From an uncultured delta proteobacterium (GTDB lineage: Bacteria > Desulfobacterota > Binatia > UBA9968), in assembly GCA_963771465.1 (NCBI GenBank), contig CAVYTU010000015.1, positions 672,001-736,000 of the forward strand: 64,000 nt of DNA. Direction: 5' to 3'. Of this stretch, positions 31,797 to 42,957 are shown in pieces; within the stretch, counting starts at the first letter, position 1; each line of letters starts with the position of its first letter. Made by a program: the position numbers and the translations under genes. Under the pieces are notes generated by a model that worked only from the letters and a program-made list of their open reading frames with translations, was not told where the DNA came from and searched no databases.

Positions 31797-31874
31797 GGCG
31801 TCGTTCTGAAGTCTTACATGACTAGCCTCCACTGTCTTGCAAATGAATATATCTGGAACTTCTAGGATGAGAAC

Positions 31875-32294
31875 ATGAAAAAGTCGGGCGCGAGCCAAGG
31901 CCAGTCGGCATCGGAGCTCATCTCCAAAAGAATCGCCGAGCTCGGGGACTGGCGCGGAAAAACCCTCAGCAGAATGCGCAAGCTCATCAAGGAAGCAGAC
32001 CCGGATGTCGTCGAGGAGTGGAAGTGGATGGGCACTCCGGTCTGGTCGCACGACGGGATCATCTGCACTGGCGAATCCTACAAGAATGTCGTGAAGCTTA
32101 CGTTTGCCAAGGGCGCGTCTCTGAAGGATCCGGCCCGTCTCTTCAACTCGAGTCTCGACGGAAACGTACGCCGCGCGATCGACATCCACGAAGGAGAAGA
32201 AGTTCACGAGTCCGCCTTCAAGGCGCTCGTTCGCCAAGCGGTCGCCTTTAACAGTACTGGCAAGTCGAAACCTTCGAAGAAAGCGAAGTCCTAA
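31875..32294 (+). CDS. DUF1801 (YdhG-like) protein
   Basis: LGDWRG...ADPDVVEEWKWMGTPVWSHDGIICTGESYK...FNSSLDGNVRRAIDI. Confidence 0.85.
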   Translation: MKKSGASQGQSASELISKRIAELGDWRGKTLSRMRKLIKEADPDVVEEWKWMGTPVWSHDGIICTGESYKNVVKLTFAKGASLKDPARLFNSSLDGNVRRAIDIHEGEEVHESAFKALVRQAVAFNSTGKSKPSKKAKS

Positions 32295-32481
32295 GGGATT
32301 CCGCCCCTGAACAGGTCCGACATCGGGCGAGTTCTGTGAAACTCAGGCAATTGCCGTATAATTCAGGCGCTAGGCAGACGCCAGATGCTCCTCATATCGC
32401 GCGAGATCACAGCAGAAATTGAGTCACTTCTCGGAATGAAAAAATTTGTCGATATTAATATCGCAAAAGGCAGATCGGTAT

Positions 32482-32494
32482 ATCATAGTTAGGC
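32482..32494 (+). mobile_element. Integron-like core site (attI-like), copy 2
   Basis: Identical ATCATAGTTAGGC after an AT-rich tract, preceding the next cassette-like gene. Confidence 0.5.
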
Positions 32495-32528
32495 GAGCCC
32501 ATTGGGCTTGGTCTGAAGGAGGCTACAA

Positions 32529-32911
32529 ATGGCTGATTTGACGCGTCGCTCCCTGCTGATTCAGTTGGGTGCAGCAGCAGTAGTGGTTGGCACGACCTCC
32601 CGCGTATTGGCGCAACAGCAAGATGGCTTGATTCGCGGGGCGGTCAGGAAGTTCCACTCGATGATCCCGGGTTCGCGAATATCACTGTAAACGAGGTGAC
32701 ATATCAACCTGGCGCGAAGACGAGCAGAGCTATGCCGAACTCGATGATATGTGAGTGTACGACAGGCGCGCTCGAGGTGTCACAGGACGCCATGACCACA
32801 ACGATGAACAAAGGCGACATGTGGACCTGCCACAAGGGAATGGTGGAGACGGTAGTAAACAAGGGAACGATGCCCGCCATCATGCGGTTGATCCAGTTGC
32901 TGCCTGCCTAA
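32529..32911 (+). CDS. Tat-exported cupin-like protein, frameshifted near 32670
   Basis: AAGGAGG RBS, Tat motif MADLTRRSLL, second frame VTYQPGAK...NKGDMWTC...NKG. The stop lies within GCCTAAC, a left attC core. Confidence 0.65.
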
Positions 32912-32940
32912 CAGCGCGGTCGAGAGGGACCATCGTGTCG

Positions 32941-33010
32941 ATCCCCGAGCCCGCAAGTGCTCTACTTCTACTTTTCGGCTTGACGTTCGTCCGTGGAGTT
33001 CGGAGTCGTG
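32941..33010 (+). pseudogene. Orphan PEP-CTERM-like sorting-signal fragment
   Basis: IPEPASALLLLFGLTFVRGVRSR, with no credible upstream coding body. Confidence 0.5.
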
Positions 33011-33080
33011 GCCAAGATGAACCGAAAGAACTCAGCGCGCGGCGACTAACAAACTTTTGAATTAGTTAGAAGTAAGAAAC

Positions 33081-33112
33081 GGCAGCCCCTCATGGGGCCG
33101 CTGTTTTTGTTT
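33081..33112 (+). terminator. Rho-independent terminator
   Basis: GC-rich hairpin GGCAGCCCC-TCAT-GGGGCCGCT followed by GTTTTTGTTT. Confidence 0.6.
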
Positions 33113-33932
33113 CCGCGCACTTGCAGACAGTCCTTGTCCCGATATCCATCAATTCTCCCTACCACTGGTAAATTAATCGGCTGTCACAAATTTAAATAGT
33201 CATGTTATCAAAGTCAGACCCCGGGCGCCGTCCCTGACGATCTCGAAAATTCTTTCGTAAGCATGACGAGATTAGCGGGGACTAACAGGCATCTCAAGTG
33301 GAACGGCTGGCTAAACACGGCAACGCAAGCGATTAAAGTCGCTGATTGAGCTCGACGGAATTCCTGATCCTGTCGCCCAATTGGGACGAATGAAATTCCC
33401 AAAAGTCTGCAAGACTTTCTCTTCCATAATTCAGTTTTTGCACGTGCGAAAGTTAGAGTTATCTAGCATTTACATTTTGGTACGGTGATTGCGTTTAATA
33501 GAAACGGCGGGACGACGACCAGCCCGACGAAAGCAATAGCATAGCATAGCATGGACTTTCTAAACCGGAAATTTTGATGAAACTCGCTGCCTCCACCTTT
33601 CTCCTTTCCCTCGGCGCAGGCTTGCTGCTCATGGCAGTGCAAGACCCGCTGATGGGGCTAGGGTTGCTGGCTTGGACGGTGGGTGTCAATCATTTAGGGA
33701 AACGCATCTTGGAGGAATATCGCTAAACGGTGCCTGATGACCATGCCATTCCGTCAAATACTTCGCTGGCTCATCATAGCGATCATTGCCGTCGTTCTCT
33801 GGGCCGCCTACATATATCTCTAACAGCAGCCATTGATAGTTGACTATTCGGTAAAGCATGGCTTGTAACGTGGCAATCCAACGCACTGATCCCCTTGAAA
33901 ACTACCCTGCGTAATGGATTTTTACACAAGGA

Positions 33933-34220
33933 ATGCCAGGTGATATGAATCTACAAATCGTTGGTCTCCAGACTCACGCGGACGAGAGCCCTCTAGCTTT
34001 TACGGTCATGTTCGATGACTTGGACCGCGGCCGTCGCATGGTCGCAACAGTCTCAGAAGCCGCTCTTCGCGACTCCGTCGCGCATCCGGATTGTGAAGCA
34101 ATTGATGTCGAGCCTATGGCCCGCGGGACGGTTAACTATGAGAAATACGAGACTGAGGCTGTAGTTCGGGTCATCAAGAAATTTATCCGGGACAAAGCGA
34201 ACCGGGAAAACCCAGAGTAG
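33933..34220 (+). CDS. Hypothetical protein
   Basis: 95-aa ORF with protein-like composition and no recognised motif. Confidence 0.5.
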   Translation: MPGDMNLQIVGLQTHADESPLAFTVMFDDLDRGRRMVATVSEAALRDSVAHPDCEAIDVEPMARGTVNYEKYETEAVVRVIKKFIRDKANRENPE

Positions 34221-34332
34221 TTCATAACTTTACTCATTTGATTCGCGGAATTCCCACCGCTCTGGTAGCCTTTCAAGCTCGCCTGTGAGACGGGCACATA
34301 GAGCTCGACGGGATGGTTAGCGCGGCGATACG

Positions 34333-34826
34333 GCGGGTCGATATTCCGGCCGCGGCGGCCAATCCTGGTCGCGGGTATTCCCAATTCGCTATAAACGTTG
34401 TGTCTGTCCAGTGGGCGCGGTCGGGCTGCGGCGCCCCCGTTGATGATCTCAGCGAGGCGAAAGTGTTTTGTGACGATAAACCGTAAATACTTGTTTATTG
34501 GTTTTATAGATATGTTGTAATTTAAATTGTCATTGTCGAGCGAAACTTGGCGATTTACAGTAGCAATAATGACGATAGCACGACGCGCGTCGACACAAAT
34601 TTCCGATGCGCAACTACCCTGCGGAATAGGAAACTAGATGGCTAATGAAGACCCAATTGCGGCGGCGGCGCTGATCGTCGCCGGGCTGAAGAAGGCAGGC
34701 ATCGATTTTGTCGCGACTCTGCCGGATGAAAAAATGCTCGAAGTGATTCGTGAGGTGGAGAAAAACCGAGAACTCAAACATGTGCCGCTTTGCCGCGAAG
34801 TAGAAGGCCTCGGCATCTGTGCCGGC
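34333..34826. repeat. Diverged direct repeat, copy A (M20-peptidase 3' remnant + spacer + 5' of comD-like gene)
   Basis: Aligns by eye with 36329..36809. Near-identical over the comD-like part and diverged in the AT-rich spacer. Confidence 0.9.
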
Positions 34827-34853
34827 ATCAGAAAATTGGCAATCCGGTACTAA
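34638..34853 (+). pseudogene. Truncated duplicate of the sulfopyruvate decarboxylase alpha-like gene
   Basis: MANEDPIAAA...GICAG is nearly identical to the 36621 gene, followed by an unrelated tail and stop. Confidence 0.88.
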
Positions 34854-35068
34854 TCGCAGCTCTGGATCGGGAGCGGCCTCACAATCTCAACACATAGCAG
34901 GAACAAATCGCGCGCTTTTGCATCCGAACCAGGTGATCAAAATCGCGACTGCGAAAAACTCGCGCGATTGACAGTTCGCCGGTGCGGCGATATGGGTCGC
35001 CCAGCAAAAAAGAGTGTCTAAATTTCCGAGTTGAACCCAAAGCAGAACTATCTCTGGAGAGATCATGT

Positions 35069-36151
35069 ATGAGTTCGTCGAAGGGTGAACGACGGAGTCT
35101 TCAACAAACTCTGAGAGCTTGGTTATTTCTGTCCGTGCTCGCCATAGTCTGTGTTTCCCTCACGACCTCGGTGGTAGCTCAGACCCCATTCTACCATGGC
35201 AAGACGATCACGATGGTTTTTGGCTTTGCTCCCGGCGGAACCGGAGACATGCGCGGTCGCGCGGTCACGGCCGGACTCAAAAAACACATTCCAGGTAGCC
35301 CGGATGTTGTCGTCGACTACCGCCAAGGAGCAGGTGCGCGAGCGGCGGCGAATCAAGTTTACACCAGAGCCCAACCTGATGGACTTACGATCGGGGTCAT
35401 GGGCAGCAACCTCATTCCGGCGGCCATTCTCGGGGAAAGTGGCGTGCTCTACGATATTGATAAGTTTATTTATCTAGGAACCCCTTACAGCGGCCATGCT
35501 CATATCTTCCTGACACGCAAGGGCGCCGGGCTCCGTAATTTGGAAAATCTCCGGGCCGCGAAGGGCGTCCGCGTCGGCGCCCAGGCAGTCGGCCACACGA
35601 TATACTACACCGGTCGGATGTTTGCCTTCCTCATGGGTATGAATGAGCCCAAATTCGTTGTGGGTTATACGGGACAGGAGCTCGACGTCGCTATTCGTAA
35701 CGGCGAAATCGATGCCCGAACCAATCACTGGGAAACGCCAATACGGCAGAAGATGTTCGACGAAAATCTTCTCGACGTCCATGCTCTTACCGAGATACCC
35801 AAAGGAACCAAGCCTCATTCCATTTACAGTCATGTGCCTGATCTCGAGACCTTTGCCCGGTCGGAGAGAGAGCGCAAACTCGTTTCTCTTCACCGAGCGT
35901 TCCAGGCTGGCGGAAGTCCTTACGTGCTTCCGCCCGGCGTGCCTAAGGAGCGCGTGCAGATTCTGCGCGAGGCGATGCGAAAGACGTTTTCTGATCCGGA
36001 ATTTATCGCGGAGTACAAGAAGACGGGCGACGATTCCAGTTCTTTACCTGGGGAGGCGCTTGAAAAAATTATCAAGGATCTGCCGCGGGAGCGTGAGGTC
36101 ATCGATCTCTTCAAAAAGCTGTTCGGTCCCGATCCATTGCCGCCGCGGTAA
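35069..36151 (+). CDS. TctC/Bug-like substrate-binding protein (paralog of 9728..10786)
   Basis: Signal peptide, FYHGKTI, APGG, QPDGLT, LPPGVP and the shared C-terminus DPLPPR. Confidence 0.85.
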   Translation: MSSSKGERRSLQQTLRAWLFLSVLAIVCVSLTTSVVAQTPFYHGKTITMVFGFAPGGTGDMRGRAVTAGLKKHIPGSPDVVVDYRQGAGARAAANQVYTRAQPDGLTIGVMGSNLIPAAILGESGVLYDIDKFIYLGTPYSGHAHIFLTRKGAGLRNLENLRAAKGVRVGAQAVGHTIYYTGRMFAFLMGMNEPKFVVGYTGQELDVAIRNGEIDARTNHWETPIRQKMFDENLLDVHALTEIPKGTKPHSIYSHVPDLETFARSERERKLVSLHRAFQAGGSPYVLPPGVPKERVQILREAMRKTFSDPEFIAEYKKTGDDSSSLPGEALEKIIKDLPREREVIDLFKKLFGPDPLPPR

Positions 36152-36229
36152 AGAATTTGAGTCGGCGAACCGGAACGGCAATAAAGTTTCGGTGATATTG
36201 CATCGATAAATTACTGGCGCAAAAACCGC

Positions 36230-36435
36230 TGCTGTAATCTAACTTCTCCCCCGTGCAGATAGCCAACACGATCAGCGCGTAGAGCTTCGCCGCGCTGACC
36301 ATCACGTCGATACGTGTCTCCTGATGACGCGGGTCCATACTCCGGTCGCGGCGGCCGATCTTGATCGCGGGTATTCCCAATTCATTATCAGCGTTGGTGT
36401 CTGTCTAGATGTGGGCACGGTCGGGCTGCGGCGCG
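36230..36435 (-). pseudogene. C-terminal remnant resembling an M20 family peptidase/deacylase
   Basis: Minus strand TDTNADNELGIPAIKIG...IDVMVSAAKLYALIVLAIC, with no N-terminal body. Confidence 0.5.
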
Positions 36436-36809
36436 CTTTTGTGATGCAAAACCTCAAAAGCAGTGTTGTTCGTTTTATAAATATGAGCGCAATCTAATTC
36501 TTTATTGTCGAACGAAACTTGACAAGCTTGGGCGATTCACAGTAGCGATAATGACGATAGCACGACGTGCGTCGACACGAATTTCCGGATGCGAAACTTC
36601 CCTGCGGAATAGGAAACCAGATGGCTAATGAAGACCCAATTGCGGCGGCGGCGCTAATCGTCGCCGGGCTGAAGAAGGCAGGCATCGATTTTGTCGCGAC
36701 TCTGCCGGATGAAAAAATGCTCGAAGTGATTCGTGCGGTGGAGAAAGACCGAGAACTCAAACATGTGCCGCTTTGCCGCGAAGAAGAAGGCATCGGCATC
36801 TGTGCCGGC
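36329..36809. repeat. Diverged direct repeat, copy B
   Basis: Aligns with 34333..34826. Confidence 0.9.
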
Positions 36810-37133
36810 GCGTATCTCGCCGGCAAGAAGACTGCGATCTTCATGCAAAATGCCGGCTTTTTGAATAGCTGCAACGCCCTCACCACGACGTCGTTACAGT
36901 TGCAGATTCCGATCCTCATGCTGATCTACTACGCCGGCGACATCGGCGACCGCGGTTTTACCACCCTCGGGGCGGTGACCGAACCGGTGCTGCATGCGCT
37001 GGGGTTTCGGAGTTACGTCCTGCGCAAGCAAGAGGAGATCGATGAAACTTTGCGCGGCGCACAGATATTGGCCGACGATTCGAAAAAGCCAGTGGCCGTG
37101 TTGCTCACTAAGAGCGTGCTGGGAGTCAACTAA
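36621..37133 (+). CDS. Sulfopyruvate/phosphonopyruvate decarboxylase alpha subunit-like (ComD-like, TPP pyrimidine-binding)
   Basis: Motifs REEEGIGICAGAYLAGK, MQNAG and IPILMLI. Confidence 0.85.
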   Translation: MANEDPIAAAALIVAGLKKAGIDFVATLPDEKMLEVIRAVEKDRELKHVPLCREEEGIGICAGAYLAGKKTAIFMQNAGFLNSCNALTTTSLQLQIPILMLIYYAGDIGDRGFTTLGAVTEPVLHALGFRSYVLRKQEEIDETLRGAQILADDSKKPVAVLLTKSVLGVN

Positions 37134-37732
37134 TGCAGCGCTATGATTATCTGAAACGGATCGCCGCGGACGCCAAGGACGCGCTGTGCGTTTCCACCGG
37201 ATGGGGCTCGCGAGAATGGTGGGCTGTGCGGCCAAGCGATGGCAATTTGAAAACCCGCACCTTGGGATTAGTCTCATCGATCGCCGCCGGACTGGCGATC
37301 GCGTTACCGCGCCGCAAAGTGATTGCCATAGACGGCGACGGGGCGTTTTTGATGAATCTTTGCGGCCTGCCAACCATCGCGCAGCAAAATCCGGGAAATC
37401 TTATTCACCTACTTTTCGATAATGAAATCTACGAAGCTTCCGGCGGCACGGCGACGGCGTCGCGCAACTCCGACGCCGTCGCCATCGCTAAAGGCGCCGG
37501 CTACAAGCGCGCGCTGTGGGTCAGGTCGCCGGAAGAATTTCGCGGCGCTTTTGTCAAAGCTTGGGAAGAGAACGAACTCACGTTGATTGCGGTCAAAGTC
37601 GATCCCGGCCAACCGGAAGATTTGCCACCGCTCAAGCTCGACGAGATCGAGAATAAATATCGCTTTATGCGCTATCTTGAAGCGACCGAGAAAAAGGGCA
37701 TCTTGAATCCGGGATTCGATTCGAAGCTGTGA
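37133..37732 (+). CDS. Sulfopyruvate/phosphonopyruvate decarboxylase beta subunit-like (ComE-like)
   Basis: TPP motif DGDGAFLMN...DNEIYEASGG. TAATG overlap with the alpha gene. Confidence 0.85.
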   Translation: MQRYDYLKRIAADAKDALCVSTGWGSREWWAVRPSDGNLKTRTLGLVSSIAAGLAIALPRRKVIAIDGDGAFLMNLCGLPTIAQQNPGNLIHLLFDNEIYEASGGTATASRNSDAVAIAKGAGYKRALWVRSPEEFRGAFVKAWEENELTLIAVKVDPGQPEDLPPLKLDEIENKYRFMRYLEATEKKGILNPGFDSKL

Positions 37733-37754
37733 CGCACGGCTACTGGCCGCCAGA

Positions 37755-38780
37755 CTAGGTGCCAGTCTTCTTTGCCGCCGCATTCGCTTCTGCGGCGCGG
37801 GCTTTTTTCGACGCTCGCGAGATCCGCGCCAATTCGGCGCGCGACATCGTGCCATTGCGGTTGGGCAGCCCGAGCCAATTCCACTGATCTGGATAACGGC
37901 GAATTGCCGCTTCGAGACAGGCGGTGTACAACGCGGTGGTCGCGACCACGCTGTCTTCCAGTTCGTCCCGTTCAACCGCCGGGATCGGCGCGCCCACCGA
38001 CAACAGTATGGAGTCGTCGGGTTGCACGGTCGCAAACATTGGCAAGGTCACCGCGCCTGTGCGTATCGCCATGGTGGCCGGTCCACGCGGCGCCGGTAAC
38101 TTCATACCGAAAAAATCAACCATCACGTCCCCGGACTTAAACTCATCGGCGACGATCAAGACGATGCGATTTTCGCGCAGCGCCTTTAGGATACCGCGCA
38201 CGGCTTCGCGCCGCGGCTTGGCGGGAATGGTATGGAGCCCCAACCGGCTGCGAAAATCGTCGGTTAAGCGCGCGAAGCGTTCATCGCCAGGATGCTTGAC
38301 CACGACGCTGAAAGGATACCCCGACGCCACCAAACGCGCGCCGATCATGGTAAACCGGCCCAGGTGCGCGCTTATTCCCACCACTCCCTTGCCCAAAGCT
38401 AATGCCCGGCGCAGATGTTCTTCGCCTTCGAATTTGACTCTATCGATGATGTCCCGTTTGGAATAGTGCATCACTGCCGCGGTATCGAGCACGCCAAGAG
38501 CAAAGTTGAGCCAGGCACGCTTCACGAGAGCTTTTCGGTCCTCGGCGCGAGGAATTTCCTTGCCTAAGGCGGCCGCTAAATTATCTTCCATCCGCTGCCG
38601 ATAGCCGCGCGAGACGGCGTAGGTCGCCCAAGCAATAAACGGAGCAAATAGCCCGACCAGACGAAATGGGAGATAGGGCAGTAACGCGATAACGCCGCGC
38701 AGGGAGTATTCGCCGATGCGATAACGCAGAACGTACAGCTGGGAGCGAGTTTTAACTCGACTGGGCGACCTTGCCATCAT
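37755..38780 (-). CDS. Lipid A lauroyl/lysophospholipid acyltransferase family (LpxL/HtrB-like)
   Basis: Motifs GEEHL...GKGV...AHLG, VDFFG, GPA and IRRYPDQWNW. Confidence 0.85.
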   Translation of the reverse strand: MMARSPSRVKTRSQLYVLRYRIGEYSLRGVIALLPYLPFRLVGLFAPFIAWATYAVSRGYRQRMEDNLAAALGKEIPRAEDRKALVKRAWLNFALGVLDTAAVMHYSKRDIIDRVKFEGEEHLRRALALGKGVVGISAHLGRFTMIGARLVASGYPFSVVVKHPGDERFARLTDDFRSRLGLHTIPAKPRREAVRGILKALRENRIVLIVADEFKSGDVMVDFFGMKLPAPRGPATMAIRTGAVTLPMFATVQPDDSILLSVGAPIPAVERDELEDSVVATTALYTACLEAAIRRYPDQWNWLGLPNRNGTMSRAELARISRASKKARAAEANAAAKKTGT

Positions 38781-38898
38781 TTATTATGGAGTCGTTTGGC
38801 GCGATTTTCAAGCAAAGACTATGGCACGGCAAATAAAGCGGCGGTAACGAGTCGAACTCATCAGCGCGCCGAGCGACGGGTAGAACGTCGTGATTGAC

Positions 38899-39354
38899 CT
38901 AGCGGCTAGCGGCTCGCTTTAACCGTTGCGCCGAGCGACGGGACATCGAGACGCCTCGCCGCTGCTTCTTCGGCCGTGGAGTCAGTTGGTAAACCTTGGC
39001 TTTGACGTGTGCCTCCAAAGCGCTCTGCTTCCATTCGGCTAAACCGCGGCGCAGATAATTGGGATCGAATGCTAAGATTTCGCACACGCTATTGAAGGAA
39101 AAAATGCCGTCGCTTTCGTCCAATACCCAAGTTTCGGCTTCACGGAAAAACGTTTTCCCTTTGCCGTCGCGGGCGAATAAGTATTTCTGAAAGCAGGCGA
39201 TACCGTCTTCCAAGATCGCCAGCATTAGCTTCTTCTCAGGCTCGAGATGCTGCTTGCGCCGAAACGTGTCCAGATACTGCTCCGGCAGCAGCGTGTCGGG
39301 CTGGAACAGCGATGTCACGCGTTCTTCCATATTCAGTCCACTATCGTAACTCAT
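38899..39354 (-). CDS. Conserved-looking hypothetical protein
   Basis: GGAGG RBS. PEKKLMLAILEDGI...EAETW...FSFNSVCEILAFDPNYLR with a basic tail. Confidence 0.75.
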   Translation of the reverse strand: MSYDSGLNMEERVTSLFQPDTLLPEQYLDTFRRKQHLEPEKKLMLAILEDGIACFQKYLFARDGKGKTFFREAETWVLDESDGIFSFNSVCEILAFDPNYLRRGLAEWKQSALEAHVKAKVYQLTPRPKKQRRGVSMSRRSAQRLKRAASR

Positions 39355-39416
39355 TTACCACCTCCCGTTGGGTTGCGGCTTGAGACCGGGGACCCGCTCG
39401 ATGCTGATCAACCCAG

Positions 39417-39872
39417 TTAAGCCGCACTCGAAAGAGAAGAGGAGCTTATCAGCTCGTGGCACGGCGTTCGCTGCAACGCAGCGATGGTCGTGCGGCTCAA
39501 TACCTCCGTAATATTACGCTGCACTTCGCTCCAAACACCGATCATGGTGCAACGCGGCATCTGATCGCAGCCCAATTCATGATCCAAGCACGCGTTGACT
39601 GCGATCGGTCCTTCGATCGCCTCAATAACGTCGCAAAAGGATATCGCCTCGGCGGAACGCGCCAAAGTATAACCGCCGGTAGAACCGCGCTTCGATTTTA
39701 CTAGCCCGGCGCGGATCAAGTCTTGAATAATTTTTTCCAAAAACTTTTTCGGCACGCCTTGCTGCTTGGCAATTTGCGCACTCGAGCAGCATTTGTCAGG
39801 CTCTTGAGCGGCGAGATAAATAACTGCTCGTAAACCATAATCGACTCGCCGCGGTATCTGCATGAGCCCCAT
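39417..39872 (-). CDS. Rrf2 family transcriptional regulator (IscR/NsrR-like, three Cys)
   Basis: YGLRA, SKRGSTGGYTLA, IEAIEG and C-x6-C-x5-C. Confidence 0.92.
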   Translation of the reverse strand: MGLMQIPRRVDYGLRAVIYLAAQEPDKCCSSAQIAKQQGVPKKFLEKIIQDLIRAGLVKSKRGSTGGYTLARSAEAISFCDVIEAIEGPIAVNACLDHELGCDQMPRCTMIGVWSEVQRNITEVLSRTTIAALQRTPCHELISSSSLSSAA

Positions 39873-39875
39873 GCG

Positions 39876-41096
39876 CTACCCCCTAATTCCCGTCGGACCG
39901 CCGGCACCCCTCGCTTGGGCTGGGGGCCGCTGCGGGCTGCCTAACTGACCCAAAGCCGAAAGTCCCTGCAACCGTTGGACGATCGACGGCATGATTTCGT
40001 TGACATAGGTAATTTCAGCGTCGGTGTTGAATCGGCTCAAACTGAATCGCACCGCGCCTTGCAGCCAATCGGCGGGCACACCCATGGCGCGCAGCACGTG
40101 CGACGGTTCGGAAGATCCCGCCGTGCAGGCTGAGCCGGTGGACGCGCAGATACCGTGCTGATCTAAGAGCACGAGGATCGACTCGCCTTCCAGGTAACGA
40201 AAGCTGATATTCAAAGTATTCGACAGGCGATTTTCGCCGCCGCCGTTCACCCGGCTCTCCGGACATGACCGGAGGAGCAACGATTCGAGCCGATCGCGCA
40301 ATTGCTTGACGTAAGTGCCGTCCACGGCAACACGCGGCATTGCGATCTCCGCCGCCTTGCCCATGCCGATGATACTGGCGACGTTTTCCGTGCCGGCGCG
40401 CCGGTTACGCTCCTGATGGCCACCGATCATAAACGGCGGGAAGGTAATGCCGCGGCGCACGTACAAAGCCCCGACTCCCTTGGGCGCGTGAAATTTATGG
40501 CCAGAGATCGTCAATAGATCGACCGGCAGCTCGCTGACCTGGAGCGGAATCTTGCCCGCCGCTTGCACCGCGTCGACGTGAAAAGGAATCTTTTTAGCGC
40601 GCGTCATGGCGCCGATCTTTTCAATCGGAAAAATCACCCCGGTCTCGTTGTTGGCCCAGAGGATCGACACCACGGCGGTATCATCGGTCAAGGCGCTACG
40701 AAGCTCGTCCAGATCGAGCGCGCCGTCTCGGTTAACGTTGAGCCAAGTGACCCGGTAGCCTTTTTTTTCTAAATGCTGGCACAAACCGAGCACGGCGGAA
40801 TGCTCTACTTTGGTCGTGACGATATGGCGTTTGTCCGGGCGCGCTTCGAGCATGCCGCGGATCGCCGCGTTGTCGCCTTCCGTGCCGCAGCTCGTAAAGA
40901 TCACTTCGATCGGATCGGCCGCGCCGATCAACGCCGCCACTTGAGCGCGGGCATCAGCAACCTTCTGCCCCACGGCGCTGCCGAAACGATGAATGCTCGA
41001 CGGATTGCCGTAGTGCTCGGTGTAAAACGGCAGCATCGCTGCGGCCACCTCCGGCAACACCTTCGTGGTCGCGTTATTATCGAAGTAAACGTCCAT
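39876..41096 (-). CDS. nifS: Group I cysteine desulfurase (NifS-like)
   Basis: Motifs YFDNNATT, ANNETG, HVDAVQ, SGHKFH and STGSAC. Confidence 0.88.
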   Translation of the reverse strand: MDVYFDNNATTKVLPEVAAAMLPFYTEHYGNPSSIHRFGSAVGQKVADARAQVAALIGAADPIEVIFTSCGTEGDNAAIRGMLEARPDKRHIVTTKVEHSAVLGLCQHLEKKGYRVTWLNVNRDGALDLDELRSALTDDTAVVSILWANNETGVIFPIEKIGAMTRAKKIPFHVDAVQAAGKIPLQVSELPVDLLTISGHKFHAPKGVGALYVRRGITFPPFMIGGHQERNRRAGTENVASIIGMGKAAEIAMPRVAVDGTYVKQLRDRLESLLLRSCPESRVNGGGENRLSNTLNISFRYLEGESILVLLDQHGICASTGSACTAGSSEPSHVLRAMGVPADWLQGAVRFSLSRFNTDAEITYVNEIMPSIVQRLQGLSALGQLGSPQRPPAQARGAGGPTGIRG

Positions 41097-41125
41097 GCGA
41101 TTCACCCAAGCTTTCGGCAAACCTA

Positions 41126-42580
<1,455 letters not shown>

Positions 42581-42600
42581 ATAGTTAATCCTTCACTCGT

Positions 42601-42930
42601 TCAAACCGTGAACGACGCGCCGCAGCCGCAGGCTTTCTTGACGTTGGGATTCTGAAAGACAAAGCCGGACTGCATCAGTTCGTCTTTGTAATCGAGCTCA
42701 GTGCCGGTCAGATAGAGTAAACTTTTCATATCGACCAAAACCTTGGCGCCGTCCTTCTCGAACACCTTATCGGTACCCTTGGGCATATCGAAATCGACTT
42801 TGTATTGTAGCCCCGAACAGCCGCCGCCGACCACCTTCACGCGCAATCCCTGGCCGTCGCGATTCTCCGTATTGACCAACTCTTTAATCCGCGCCGCCGC
42901 CCGCTCGGTGACGCTCACTCCCATCGCCAT
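42601..42930 (-). CDS. iscA: A-type Fe-S carrier (IscA/HesB family)
   Basis: Motifs GGCSGLQY and NPN...CGCGASF. Confidence 0.9.
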   Translation of the reverse strand: MAMGVSVTERAAARIKELVNTENRDGQGLRVKVVGGGCSGLQYKVDFDMPKGTDKVFEKDGAKVLVDMKSLLYLTGTELDYKDELMQSGFVFQNPNVKKACGCGASFTV

Positions 42931-42957
42931 GATACTTCTCCTCTTGCCCTCATTGAC

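Noticed and set aside
33200-33890. Short minus-strand ORFs (33214..33402, 33495..33689, 33686..33886)
   Set aside because: Short, with no recognisable family or clear RBS. They may be decayed cargo, but I cannot support them as genes.
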